A stretch of DNA of 34,522 nucleotides from Candidatus Tharpella aukensis (lineage in GTDB: Bacteria; Desulfobacterota; Anaeroferrophillalia; Anaeroferrophillales; Tharpellaceae): the NCBI GenBank assembly GCA_021163445.1, contig JAGGWR010000183.1, positions 1 to 34,522 on the forward strand, written 5' to 3'. The translations under genes were made by a program, and so were the position numbers. This document shows, piece by piece, positions 16,536 to 26,196 of this stretch; the first letter of the stretch is position 1; each line of letters starts with the position of its first letter. Under the pieces are notes generated by a model. It saw only the letters and a list, made by a program, of their open reading frames with translations. It did not search any database and was not told the DNA's origin.

Positions 16536-17716
16536 TATCTCTCAACCAATTTTGATTTTTGATTATACCAATTCATGTATACCGAGGTGCTGAGACTGAT
16601 GATGAGGTAGACGGCCATGATCATGGCGATACCCTCAATTGCCTGTCCGGTCTGATTGATTGTTGTGTTGGTCACTGCGACAAAATCGGGGAAACCGATG
16701 GCTACGGCCAGGGAACTGTTTTTGGTCAGGTTCAGGAGCTGGCTGGTCAGGGGTGGAATAATTACCCTTAAGGCTTGGGGGAGAATGACCAGGTTAAGAA
16801 TTTTCCCTTGTTTCAGTCCTATGGACATAGCTGCTTCAGTTTGACCATGATTTACCGACTGAATTCCGGCTCGCACAATCTCTGCGACAAAAGCGGCCGT
16901 ATAAAGGACTAAGCCCATGAGCAGCGCCGTGAATTCGGGCGAGACGTTTAAACCTCCGGTGAAATTAAACCCTCTCAATTCAGGTGTGTTCATCGCGGTT
17001 GGAGCCCCGCCTGCGAACCAGGCAGCTAGTGGGAGTAAAATAACTAAGAGCAAAGAAACGCTGAATAGAGGAAAAATTTTACCGGTTTCCGCTTGCCGTT
17101 TTCCGGCCCAGCGCCGCAGAAAAAAGATGCCGATGCCGGCAATCAGCAAAGCGATCAGCATGTAGGTGTGAGCTGGATGTGATTCCGGAATTCCAAAAAC
17201 CAATCCCCGGTTACAGATAAATACCCCGTCTACCGGATTGAGAGCCTGGTGCGGAGAGGGGAAAAACTGGTAGAATATGGCGTACCATAAAAAAAGCTGA
17301 AGCAGGATCGGAATATCCTGAAGCACTTCGATATAGATTGCAGCGGCCTTGGCAATCAGCCAGTTGCTGGAAAGCCGGGCAACGCCGATAACCGTGCCGA
17401 GAAAAACGGTCAAAATTATACCGATAAAGGAGACTTTAAGGGTGTTTAAAATTCCGACGAATAGAGCCTTGGTATAGGTGTCTGCGGCTGAATAGTTGAT
17501 CATCGACTCGCCGATTTCAAAAGCTGCTTCTTTATCTAAAAAACCGAAACCGGTGGCGATACTTTGACGTTCAAGATTTGCCTGGACATTGGAAAAGAGG
17601 TAATAACCGATCATCAACACGGTTCCCAAGGTGAAAACCTGATAGATGATAGAACGTTTGTCAGGATCCTGCCAGAAAGAGGTATTCTTTGACGCAGGTA
17701 GTTGTTTGAGAGCCAT
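16535..17716 (-). CDS. aapQ: General L-amino acid ABC transporter permease
   Basis: GFGFL..AAFEIGE, GILNTLKVS, AEIVRAGIQSV..GQTEAA and NLTKNSSLAVAIG. Confidence 0.9.
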   Translation of the reverse strand: MALKQLPASKNTSFWQDPDKRSIIYQVFTLGTVLMIGYYLFSNVQANLERQSIATGFGFLDKEAAFEIGESMINYSAADTYTKALFVGILNTLKVSFIGIILTVFLGTVIGVARLSSNWLIAKAAAIYIEVLQDIPILLQLFLWYAIFYQFFPSPHQALNPVDGVFICNRGLVFGIPESHPAHTYMLIALLIAGIGIFFLRRWAGKRQAETGKIFPLFSVSLLLVILLPLAAWFAGGAPTAMNTPELRGFNFTGGLNVSPEFTALLMGLVLYTAAFVAEIVRAGIQSVNHGQTEAAMSIGLKQGKILNLVILPQALRVIIPPLTSQLLNLTKNSSLAVAIGFPDFVAVTNTTINQTGQAIEGIAMIMAVYLIISLSTSVYMNWYNQKSKLVER

Positions 17717-17858
17717 GTTGTGTTTTATTTGTTGTTAGGTAATTAAGAAGAGTTCGCTTGAAATGTCATGTAAGTGAAAGCCGGAATCCAGTGATTCTAA
17801 CAGCGACCGACTATAAAGCCACTGCAATTAGCTCGAACTTTGCTTCGCTCTCATAAGC

Positions 17859-17905
17859 GGGGTCAAAGCTGGGGTGCTGACGCACCTTATACCAGCAATG
17901 ACCCC
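17859..17905 (-). other. Intergenic stem-loop after aapJ (possible mRNA stabiliser or attenuator)
   Basis: GGGGTCA..GCTGG..GGTGC-TGAC-GCACC..CCAGC..TGACCCC. Confidence 0.5.
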
Positions 17906-17918
17906 AATCCCGGTAACC

Positions 17919-18944
17919 TTATTTGAACGGTGGTGAATACATCAAACCGCCGTCTGTCCACAAGGCGTTTAAGCCCCGCTCAATTCCCAGAGGCGTATTG
18001 ACGCCGACATTCCGTTCAAAAACTTCACCATAATTACCAACCTGTTTGATAATATTGTAGGCGAATTTTTCGTCTAATCCCAAGGATTTTCCGTTGCCTT
18101 CCGTAACTCCGAGAAACCGCTGAATTTTCGGGTTCTTGCTTTTCAGCATGTCATCTACATTTTGGGAAGTAATTTCCAGCTCTTCTGCATTAATCATGGC
18201 CAGCACGGCAAAGTCAACAATATCCCGCCACTGATCATCTCCATGACGAACTGCCGGAGCCAGAGGCTCTTTTGAGATGATGTCAGGAAGAATCATATAA
18301 TCGTCAGGATTGGGGGATACGGCCCGGGTACCGGCTAACTGAGATGCATCTGAAGTCAAACAGACACAGCGACCGGCAAAAAAAGCTTTGGCCAGCTCAG
18401 AGGTCTGCTCAATGACTACCGGTTTCCATTTCAAGCCATGCGAGCGGAAAAAATCTGCGGCATTTTGTTCGGTTGTGGTTCCCGGCAGAACACAGATGGT
18501 GGCACCATCAAGTTCTTTAGCACTTTTAATGCCGAGTTTTTTAGAAACCATGAATCCCTGACCGTCATAATAGTTGACTGTCGCAAAATTCAGGCCCATA
18601 GCCGTGTCGCGGCTCAAGGTTCTGGTAGCATTTCGGCATAAAACGTCAATTTCACCCGATTGCAGGGCTGTAAAACGTTGAACTGCGGTCAGCGGAATAA
18701 ATTTAACCTTACTCGCATCACCAAAAACAGCCGAGGCTATAGCCCGCCCCGTATCAACATCCAATCCTTTCCAGGCTCCTTTTTCATCCGGCTGACCAAA
18801 ACCAAAAAGACTGCCGTTAACTCCAACCGTAACAAATCCTTTTTTCTTTACGGAATCCAGAGTTTCACCCGCTATCAGCAGGTTTGGCAGAGCAAGCATA
18901 AGGACGATAATTGCAATAACAGAAATTTTACCCGATCTCTTCAT
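17919..18944 (-). CDS. aapJ: General L-amino acid ABC transporter substrate-binding protein
   Basis: GAGGAG RBS precedes ATG 18944; signal peptide; RFTALQSGEIDVL, YYDGQGF, ISKEPLAP, VGNYGEVFERN and RGLNALW. Confidence 0.92.
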   Translation of the reverse strand: MKRSGKISVIAIIVLMLALPNLLIAGETLDSVKKKGFVTVGVNGSLFGFGQPDEKGAWKGLDVDTGRAIASAVFGDASKVKFIPLTAVQRFTALQSGEIDVLCRNATRTLSRDTAMGLNFATVNYYDGQGFMVSKKLGIKSAKELDGATICVLPGTTTEQNAADFFRSHGLKWKPVVIEQTSELAKAFFAGRCVCLTSDASQLAGTRAVSPNPDDYMILPDIISKEPLAPAVRHGDDQWRDIVDFAVLAMINAEELEITSQNVDDMLKSKNPKIQRFLGVTEGNGKSLGLDEKFAYNIIKQVGNYGEVFERNVGVNTPLGIERGLNALWTDGGLMYSPPFK

Positions 18945-19336
18945 TTTTTTTCTCCTCTTTCTCTTTAAGGGTTTATTGTTGGTTGAAATTAAATAACTTA
19001 TATCAAATGCTAACACAAAATGCTGTTTTAGTGCAAGAGATACTGTTCGAGCAAGGCTTATTTTCTCCATTTTTTTTACACTATACTCTCCAGACTGATG
19101 GAAGCGTGCTCCTCAAAAATGCCAAAGGCTATAGCTCTTGCAATGCCGAAGTCATTTCATCTGATTCGGATAAAATCATATTAGACAAACAGGGCGAAAG
19201 AGCTTGAAAGGATGCCTGAAATCTACTATTATGATATTGGTTTACGAAATTATTTCGCCGATAATTTTTGTCAGTGTGTCGAAAAAAATAAGTGGATTTT
19301 TACGAGAAGATTTGGGGTTTGAGAGTGGGAGAAAAA

Positions 19337-20461
19337 GTGGAAGATGTAAGACTTATACAAGGTAATGAAGCGATTGCGGCCGGAGCGATCTATGCCGGGG
19401 CTGATTTTTATGCCGGTTATCCGATTACGCCGTCATCTGAAATTATGACGGAAGCTGCTAAAATTATGCCTAAAGTTGGCGGTATGTTTATGCAGATGGA
19501 GGATGAAATAGCGAGTGTCGCGGCCGTGGTCGGGGCCTCACTGGCCGGTGCTAAGGCGTTTACGGCAACCAGCGGGCCCGGATTTTCTCTGATGCAGGAA
19601 AATCTTGGGGTCGCAGTGATGGGGGAGGTGCCTTGCGTTGTTATCACGGTGCAAAGAAATGGGCCGAGTACCGGATTAGCGACAAAGCCGGGGCAGGCGG
19701 ACATTATGCAGATCAGGTGGGGACGTCATGGTGATCAATCCGTGATTGCGCTCACACCTGGATCGGTGGCCGAATGTTTTTTAATGACCGTACAAGCCTT
19801 TAATTTTGCCGAAAAATTCCGGCTGCCGGTCATCTTGGCGGCCGATGAAGTTGTGGCCCATGCGCGAGAAAGTTTTGCTCTGCCAAAGCCGGGAATGATT
19901 CCTCTGGTTGAGCGAAAAAAGCCTACGGTTTCTCCTGAAAAATACTCTCCTTTTGCCGCCGATGCGGATGGCATTGCGCCGCTGGCAGCTTTTGGCAGCG
20001 AATATGTGTCACATATCTCAAGTTCTATGCATGGGCCGGATGGATACAGTAATAATGATCCTGAAAATGCGATTTGGCGAATTAATCAATTGCACCGTAA
20101 AATTGAGATGCATCGAGATGAAATTGTGCTGACCAAAAGCTATGATATTGATGATATGGATATTCTTGTAATTGGTTATGGAGCGACTACCGGGGCCTGT
20201 CGGGCGGCGGTAAAGGAGGCTCGTAAACGGGGACTTAAAGCGGGTGTTTTGCAACTAATTACGATCTGGCCTTTTCCCGATAAAGAGATCGAAGAGTTGG
20301 CAAAACTGGTTAAAACGGTTGTCGTTGTTGAGATGAATTACGCGGGTCAGGTGGCCGGAGAGGTGCGGAAAGTGATCGGTTCCGAAATTGAACTAAAAAG
20401 GGTTAATAAATACAACGGACAAATTATAACGCCGCAAGACATAATTGAGACGTTAAAGTAA
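19337..20461 (+). CDS. korA: 2-oxoacid:acceptor oxidoreductase alpha subunit (KorA-like)
   Basis: GNEAIA, YAGYPITPSSE, QMEDEIAS, TATSGPGFSLMQE and VVEMNYAGQ. GTG 19337 follows GGGAG. Substrate specificity cannot be determined. Confidence 0.88.
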   Translation: MEDVRLIQGNEAIAAGAIYAGADFYAGYPITPSSEIMTEAAKIMPKVGGMFMQMEDEIASVAAVVGASLAGAKAFTATSGPGFSLMQENLGVAVMGEVPCVVITVQRNGPSTGLATKPGQADIMQIRWGRHGDQSVIALTPGSVAECFLMTVQAFNFAEKFRLPVILAADEVVAHARESFALPKPGMIPLVERKKPTVSPEKYSPFAADADGIAPLAAFGSEYVSHISSSMHGPDGYSNNDPENAIWRINQLHRKIEMHRDEIVLTKSYDIDDMDILVIGYGATTGACRAAVKEARKRGLKAGVLQLITIWPFPDKEIEELAKLVKTVVVVEMNYAGQVAGEVRKVIGSEIELKRVNKYNGQIITPQDIIETLK

Positions 20462-20477
20462 ATATTAGGAGATTGTT

Positions 20478-21299
20478 GTGTTAGAGGCTGGTGGAGAAGA
20501 ATATTTGCGGGCTGGGGCGTTGCCTCATATGTGGTGTCCGGGGTGTGGTATTGGGATTGTCTTGGGAGCCTTGCTGCGAACTTTTGCAGAGTTGGAGTAT
20601 GCAAAAAATGAGATTGTTGTGGTTACCGGAATTGGTTGTACTGGAAAAGCCGATGACTATCTGAGCACCAATGCGCTGCATGTAACCCATGGTCGTGCCT
20701 TGGCCTTTGCCACTGGTGTTAAAGCTTATAAGCCGGGCTTGAAAGTGGTGGTTATAATGGGCGACGGCGACAGTGTGACGATTGGGGGCAACCATTTTAT
20801 CCATGCCGCCCGGCGGAACATTGATTTAACCGCGATTGTTATCAATAATTTTAATTTCGGCATGACCGGAGGCCAAGCTTCGGCGACGACTCCTGGGGGA
20901 AAATTCAGCAGTACCACTTTATACGGTAATCCCGAGCGTGATTTTGATGTTTCAGCTTTAGCCTGCGTCGCCGGGGCCAACTATGTGGCCCGAAGTACGC
21001 CCTATCATGGCTGGGCTTTAAAGCAGCATATTAAGGAAGCGTTATGCAAAAAAGGATTTTCTCTGGTTGAGGTGTTCAGCCCTTGTCCGACCAATTACGG
21101 GAAATACAACGAGATGGGAGATCCGTTAAAAATGCTGAACTGGCTCAAGGAGAAAGGGGTCTCTCGCGAAAAATATGAGCAATTGGAAGAACCTGAAAAA
21201 GAGGACTATTTTGCCATCGGCACATTTTGCGACCGCAACAGTCCCGATTTCAATAGCCGGTATGAGGAAATCCGGGCAAGGGCAACGGGTAAAGGTTGA
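20478..21299 (+). CDS. korB: 2-oxoacid:acceptor oxidoreductase beta subunit (TPP-binding, KorB-like)
   Basis: WCPGCG, GIGC, HGRA, GDGD...NN, GMTGGQ and SPCPT. Confidence 0.88.
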   Translation: MLEAGGEEYLRAGALPHMWCPGCGIGIVLGALLRTFAELEYAKNEIVVVTGIGCTGKADDYLSTNALHVTHGRALAFATGVKAYKPGLKVVVIMGDGDSVTIGGNHFIHAARRNIDLTAIVINNFNFGMTGGQASATTPGGKFSSTTLYGNPERDFDVSALACVAGANYVARSTPYHGWALKQHIKEALCKKGFSLVEVFSPCPTNYGKYNEMGDPLKMLNWLKEKGVSREKYEQLEEPEKEDYFAIGTFCDRNSPDFNSRYEEIRARATGKG

Positions 21300-21332
21300 T
21301 GCAAAAAACTTTAAGTTAGTTACAGCAAAATA

Positions 21333-21437
21333 TGTGTTTATTTGTGTTCATTTGTGGTTAAAAAAGCGGAACCACAAATGGACACAAATTAACACAAATA
21401 AAAGTAACCTGTTTGGTTTCGGCTTTGCCGGGTTAGG
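21333..21437. repeat. Intergenic palindrome of 10-nt subrepeats followed by a second small inverted repeat
   Basis: TGTGTTTATTTGTGTTCATTTGTGGTT...AACCACAAATGGACACAAATTAACACA, then TAACCTG...CGGGTTA. Confidence 0.7.
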
Positions 21438-21451
21438 AGATTGTCGCAAAA

Positions 21452-22009
21452 ATGAAGGATAAAACTAACACTTATGAAATTATTTTAGCTGGCTCGGGTG
21501 GTCAGGGTTTGGTTTCGTCGGGTATTATGTTGGGTGAGGCGGCCATTCTGGAAGGAAAACAGGTTATGCAGGCTACCTCATACGGAATTGCTCAGCGGGG
21601 AGGGCTAGCTTCGGCCGAAGTAATGATTTCTTCGGCCGAGATTATTTTTCAACATGTGCAGAAGCCGAACCTTATTTTAGCGCTTACTGAGGAGAGTTTG
21701 AATTTGTACCTGCCGCAAGCCTCATCCGGGGCCGCAATCTTTTACGATACAACCCTTATTCAGACAACCTTTGTCCAAAAACATGAGAAAAACAATCTTT
21801 ATGGCTATCCTTTTACCGAAATAGCTAACGAATTGGGGCATTCGGGAGTTGCAAATATAATTGCCCTCGGAGTCATGATCGGCAAAAGTAAAATGATAAA
21901 ATATGCGAGTATGGAGATGGTGCTGCGAAAACATTTTTCGGGGAAAACAGCCGAAATGAACGTTAAAGCTTTATACCAGGGAAGAAGGTTAGGTGAGGGG
22001 CAAATATAG
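21452..22009 (+). CDS. korC: 2-oxoacid:acceptor oxidoreductase gamma subunit (KorC-like)
   Basis: AGSGGQG, SYGIAQRGG, NIIALG and NVKAL. Confidence 0.88.
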   Translation: MKDKTNTYEIILAGSGGQGLVSSGIMLGEAAILEGKQVMQATSYGIAQRGGLASAEVMISSAEIIFQHVQKPNLILALTEESLNLYLPQASSGAAIFYDTTLIQTTFVQKHEKNNLYGYPFTEIANELGHSGVANIIALGVMIGKSKMIKYASMEMVLRKHFSGKTAEMNVKALYQGRRLGEGQI

Positions 22010-22012
22010 ATA

Positions 22013-23707
22013 ATGAGTTGCGCAACTGGAAATGATAAGGCTTTTTCCCCATGTCGGGAAGCATGTCCGGCGGGCATTGATGTACCTCGCTATATCAGGC
22101 ATATCAGAGAGGGAAATTTCGCCGCAGCCTTAAACACAATTAGAGAAAAAATTCCCTTTCCTGCGGTCTGTGGTTACGCTTGTGTTGCTTACTGCGAGCT
22201 TAAATGTGCCCGGATTCAGTACGACGAGGCGATTGCCATAAAGTTGCTCAAGCGAGCGGCGGCGGAATACGGAGAGCCTGTGGTGCGAAAGAGTGCGGCT
22301 CCAACCGGTAAAAAAGTTGCGGTGGTCGGTTCGGGGCCGGGCGGTTTGACGGCAGCTTATTACCTTGCCCTTAAAGGTCATCAGATTACGGTTTTTGAAT
22401 CCTTGCCTGAGGCGGGTGGTCTGCTGCGCTATGGCATACCTGAATATCGTCTGCCGAATGAAGTCGTAAATCAAGAAATTGCCGCAATTTGCAATCAGGG
22501 TGTTAAAATTAAAACCGGTAGCCGGATTGTCGCCCCGGCGAAACTTTTGGAAAAGGATTTTGCCGCAGTTTTGGTTGCCAGTGGGGCGTGGCAATCCCGG
22601 AAGCTGGGAATCGAGGGTGAAAAATTCTCTCATGTTCTGGATGGTATATCATTTTTAAACCACGTTAATTCCGGGGAAAAGCCCGCAATCGGTAAACGTG
22701 TCGTGGTTGTCGGAGGAGGCAATACGGCGATTGACGCCGCCCGTTCAGCTTTGCGCTTAGGGGCTGCTGTCGATCTTCTTTATCGCCGGACAAGATCGGA
22801 GATGCCAGCTAGTACGCTGGAAATTGAAGAAGCTCTTGCGGAAGGCGTCAGCATAAAATTTTTAACGACCCTGGTTAAAATTTCAGAAGATAGCGTCGAC
22901 TGCATAAAAATGGAGCTTGCTCTAGTCGATGCTGATGCCGATGTCGATGTTAGTGTCAATTCTGATGCCGGAGACCGGGCGTCGTCGTCGTCGCCGCTAC
23001 CGCCGATACCGGTTACCGGAAGTGAATATCGCACCGCCTACGATACGGTTATCATCGCCACCGGTCAGTTTGCCGAGGCTGGCGCATTCGGGCTTGCGGC
23101 TAAATCTGATGGCACAATTCAAGTTGATGAAAACGCCTTGGCAACCTCTCTGCCAGGAATTTTTGCCGCTGGAGATGTGGTGACCGGGCCCTCTTCTATT
23201 ATTGAAGCTATTGCTCAAGGAAGAAGGGCTGGAGCCTCTATCGATATCTATTTGGGCGGCGATGGAATTATCGATGATGGGGTTATAGGCAAGAAAAAAG
23301 AACTTTTAAATAATAGTGTTGTCTTGGGTGTGAGCCCAAATCTTATCCCGGAGACCGAGCCTCGCGGAACAACTCGACCTGACCGCGAAAAAAGATCTTT
23401 AGAGCCACACTTTTGCGGATTTGATCTTACTGAGAGTGGCTATGATCGAAAAACTGCGATTAGTGAAGCTTGCCGCTGTTTATCATGTGATATACGTGAT
23501 TATAAAGTTGAGATAAATGCTCTATTGTGTAAAGCTTGCGGATACTGTAAAGAGGTCTGCTCGCTGAATGTTTTTCAATCATCTGATACCTTTAATCCCG
23601 GAGGTTATCATCCTATGGTTGCAATTAAAACAGATCGTTGTGTCGGTTGTCTCAATTGCCTCTATATTTGTCCGGATTTTGCGCTTCAGATAAAGGAAAA
23701 GGAATAA
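22013..23707 (+). CDS. GltD/NfnB-like FAD/NAD(P)H oxidoreductase fused to a C-terminal 2x[4Fe-4S] delta-subunit-like ferredoxin
   Basis: PCREACP..CGYAC..CELKC; GSGPGG; GGLLRYGIPEYRLP; GGGNTA..YRR; FAAGD; EACRCLSC; then CKACGYCKEVC..FNPGGYHP..CVGCLNCLYICPDFA. Confidence 0.88.
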   Translation: MSCATGNDKAFSPCREACPAGIDVPRYIRHIREGNFAAALNTIREKIPFPAVCGYACVAYCELKCARIQYDEAIAIKLLKRAAAEYGEPVVRKSAAPTGKKVAVVGSGPGGLTAAYYLALKGHQITVFESLPEAGGLLRYGIPEYRLPNEVVNQEIAAICNQGVKIKTGSRIVAPAKLLEKDFAAVLVASGAWQSRKLGIEGEKFSHVLDGISFLNHVNSGEKPAIGKRVVVVGGGNTAIDAARSALRLGAAVDLLYRRTRSEMPASTLEIEEALAEGVSIKFLTTLVKISEDSVDCIKMELALVDADADVDVSVNSDAGDRASSSSPLPPIPVTGSEYRTAYDTVIIATGQFAEAGAFGLAAKSDGTIQVDENALATSLPGIFAAGDVVTGPSSIIEAIAQGRRAGASIDIYLGGDGIIDDGVIGKKKELLNNSVVLGVSPNLIPETEPRGTTRPDREKRSLEPHFCGFDLTESGYDRKTAISEACRCLSCDIRDYKVEINALLCKACGYCKEVCSLNVFQSSDTFNPGGYHPMVAIKTDRCVGCLNCLYICPDFALQIKEKE

Positions 23708-23717
23708 AAGAGTAAAT

Positions 23718-25131
23718 ATGGGAATCTTTTTTGCTTCGTTGTTGGCTCTTATTCTGGGCTATGTTGTCTATGGAACCATTGTCGCCAAAATTTTTGGTGA
23801 AGATGAGAGCCGTAAGACCCCGGTTGAGGAGCTTGAAGACGGGGTCGATTTTGTCCGCATGCCGACCTGGAAAATCTTTCTGATTCAGCTTCTCAATATT
23901 GCCGGGGTCGGGCCTATCTTTGGCCCGATTCTTGGGGCTCTTTATGGCCCTGTCGCCTTGATCTGGATTGTCATCGGGTCGATTTTTGCCGGTGGTGTGC
24001 ATGACTATTTTTCCGGGATGCTTTCGGTTCGTCACCGGGGCGAATCAATTCCGGAGATTGTCGGTTATCATCTGGGTGACGCAGTCAAGCTCTTCATGCG
24101 GGGCTTTTCGGTTGTTTTATTATTGCTGGTCGGCATTGTTTTTGTCTCAAGTCCGGCCCAATTGCTGACAAATCTTATCAATGTTCCGATGCCGGTATTG
24201 GTGGCCATTATTTTTGCCTACTATTTTATCGCTACAATGCTGCCGGTTGACAAGGTCATTGGTCGTATCTATCCTTTTTTTGGTGCTGCCCTGATCTTTA
24301 TGGTTATCAGCCTGATGGTGATGTTGATAGTCAATGATTATGAATTTTTCCCTCAACGTACCTTGAGCAATTTAAATCCTAATGATCTGCCTTTATGGCC
24401 TTTGATGTTTATCACGATCGCTTGCGGAGCTTTAAGCGGTTTTCATGCGACCCAGTCACCGATGATGGCTCGTTGTCTGCCGAATGAGCGTGTCGGGCGA
24501 TCGATTTTTTACGGGGCGATGATTGTTGAGGGCGGCATCGCTCTGATTTGGGCGACATTGGCAATGTCCTTCTTTTCAAGCCCTGATGAACTCAACCAAG
24601 TCTTAAGTACCGGCGGCCCGGCTCTGGTTGTTAACGAGATTTCGCGTACCCTGCTTGGTGGCGGCGTCGGCGGATTGCTGGCGATTATCGGGGTTGTCAT
24701 TTTGCCGATCAGTTCCGGTGATACGGCTTTTCGCAGTGCCCGTCTGATTATTGCCGATTTCATGAAGCTTTCCCAAAAAAGCGTTATCAAGCGGTTGCTA
24801 ATCGCGATTCCACTTTTTGTCGTCGGCTTTATCGTTTCCAAAACCGATTTTAATATTCTCTGGCGCTACTTTGGCTGGGCTAACCAGGACGCTGGCTGTG
24901 ATTGTTCTCTGGACGGCGGCAGCTTACCTCAAACAGCAAGGGCGCTTGCACTGGATTGCAACCTTGCCGGCACTGTTTATGACAGTGGTGGTTACCTCAT
25001 TTCTCGGCTATGCAAAGATTGGTTTCTCGTTGCCAATGCCTGTGGCTACCGGCCTCGGTTTGGTTGTTGCACTTATCTGTGCGATTCTTTTTTTTCTCAA
25101 GATTAAACCGCAAGTAAGTCAAGGGTCGTGA
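23718..25131 (+). pseudogene. cstA: CstA family transporter with a +1 frameshift at ~24888
   Basis: DGVDFV, LNIAGVGPIFGP, GGVHDY, IACGALSGFHATQSP. WRYFGWANQ continues as TLAVIVLW only if one G is removed at 24887-24888. Confidence 0.85.
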
Positions 25132-25140
25132 TCAAATATT

Positions 25141-26040
25141 TTGCAGAATATTTTTCGACGTATATATAACGCTCCATATCTGCTCTTGACGATGGCAGTT
25201 TTTTTCTGGTCGGTTAACAGTATTGTCGGCCGTTTCATGCGTCTTGAGGTGCCGCCGATTGCTCTATCCTTCTGGCGTTGGGCTGGGGCCTCGATGTTGA
25301 TCTTCTATTTCGCCTGGCCGCAGTTGAAAGAGGATTGGCCGATTATTAGGCGCTATCTACCTCTGCTTTTGTTGCTCGCCTTGACCGGGGTTGCGATGTT
25401 CAATACATTGCTCTACAGCGGGTTGCAAACAACGGTTGCTCTGAACGGTTTCCTGATTCAATCGACGATGCCGATTCTGATCATGCTTTTCTCTTTTTTT
25501 CTTTTTCGCGATAAAATCAGCCATCTCCAGGGGGTGGGGGTTGCCTTGTCGCTTACAGGAGTGGTAATCGTGATTGCTCGGGGTGATCTTGAAGTACTCC
25601 GTTCTCTTTCGCTTAATCGCGGCGACGTCTTGATTTTTATTGCGGCGATCGGGTATTCGGTTTATTCGGCGCTGCTGCGTCAGCGACCAACGCTCCATCC
25701 TTTAAGTTTTATCGCTTTCACGTTTGTTACCGGAACTCTGATGTTGTTACCTCTCTATGTTTGGGAAACGGTTACGATTAAGGCGTTAAATTTGAATGGC
25801 CCGACCCTGTTGACGATTGCCTACGTCTCGATTTTTCCTTCAATCGTCTCCTATTTTTGTTATAATCGCGGCATCGAACTGATCGGTGCCAATCGGGCCG
25901 GGCTCTTTATTCATTTGAACCCAGTGTTTGGCACAATCATGGCGGTGCTTTTTCTTGGTGAAACCCTCTTTTGGTTTCATGGTGTCGGTATTGTCATGAT
26001 TTTTATTGGTATTGTTTTAACCCTGCGACATAGTAACTAA
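25141..26040 (+). CDS. EamA/DMT family transporter
   Basis: FWSVNSIVGR, LSFWRW, NRGD and GANRAGLFIHLNPVFG; about 10 TM segments. Confidence 0.9.
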   Translation: MQNIFRRIYNAPYLLLTMAVFFWSVNSIVGRFMRLEVPPIALSFWRWAGASMLIFYFAWPQLKEDWPIIRRYLPLLLLLALTGVAMFNTLLYSGLQTTVALNGFLIQSTMPILIMLFSFFLFRDKISHLQGVGVALSLTGVVIVIARGDLEVLRSLSLNRGDVLIFIAAIGYSVYSALLRQRPTLHPLSFIAFTFVTGTLMLLPLYVWETVTIKALNLNGPTLLTIAYVSIFPSIVSYFCYNRGIELIGANRAGLFIHLNPVFGTIMAVLFLGETLFWFHGVGIVMIFIGIVLTLRHSN

Positions 26041-26068
26041 TGCTAGCATTTCCCGCAACTCAAGTTCT

Positions 26069-26134
26069 ATTTATCCGCAGATTGCGCAGATTACCGCTGA
26101 AAATCCGTGTAATCTGTGTAATCTGCGGATAAAT
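26069..26134. repeat. Intergenic palindrome of 10-nt GCAGATT-type subrepeats
   Basis: ATTTATCCGCAGATTGCGCAGATTAC...GTAATCTGTGTAATCTGCGGATAAAT. Confidence 0.75.
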
Positions 26135-26196
26135 GATTTAAAAGTATTGTTTTTTATGACAAACTTTCAGGAATAAATAACTAAAAGGGTACAAAA

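Noticed and set aside
19100-19160. Candidate sigma54 promoter for aapJ
   Set aside because: The only GG-N10-GC match (CGGCATTGCAAGAGC) lacks the TGGCAC/TTGC context; too weak to call.
23652-24841. Antisense ORFs over cstA, and similar ones over kor, aap and M48 genes
   Set aside because: Typical reverse-strand shadows of conserved genes, with no motifs of their own.
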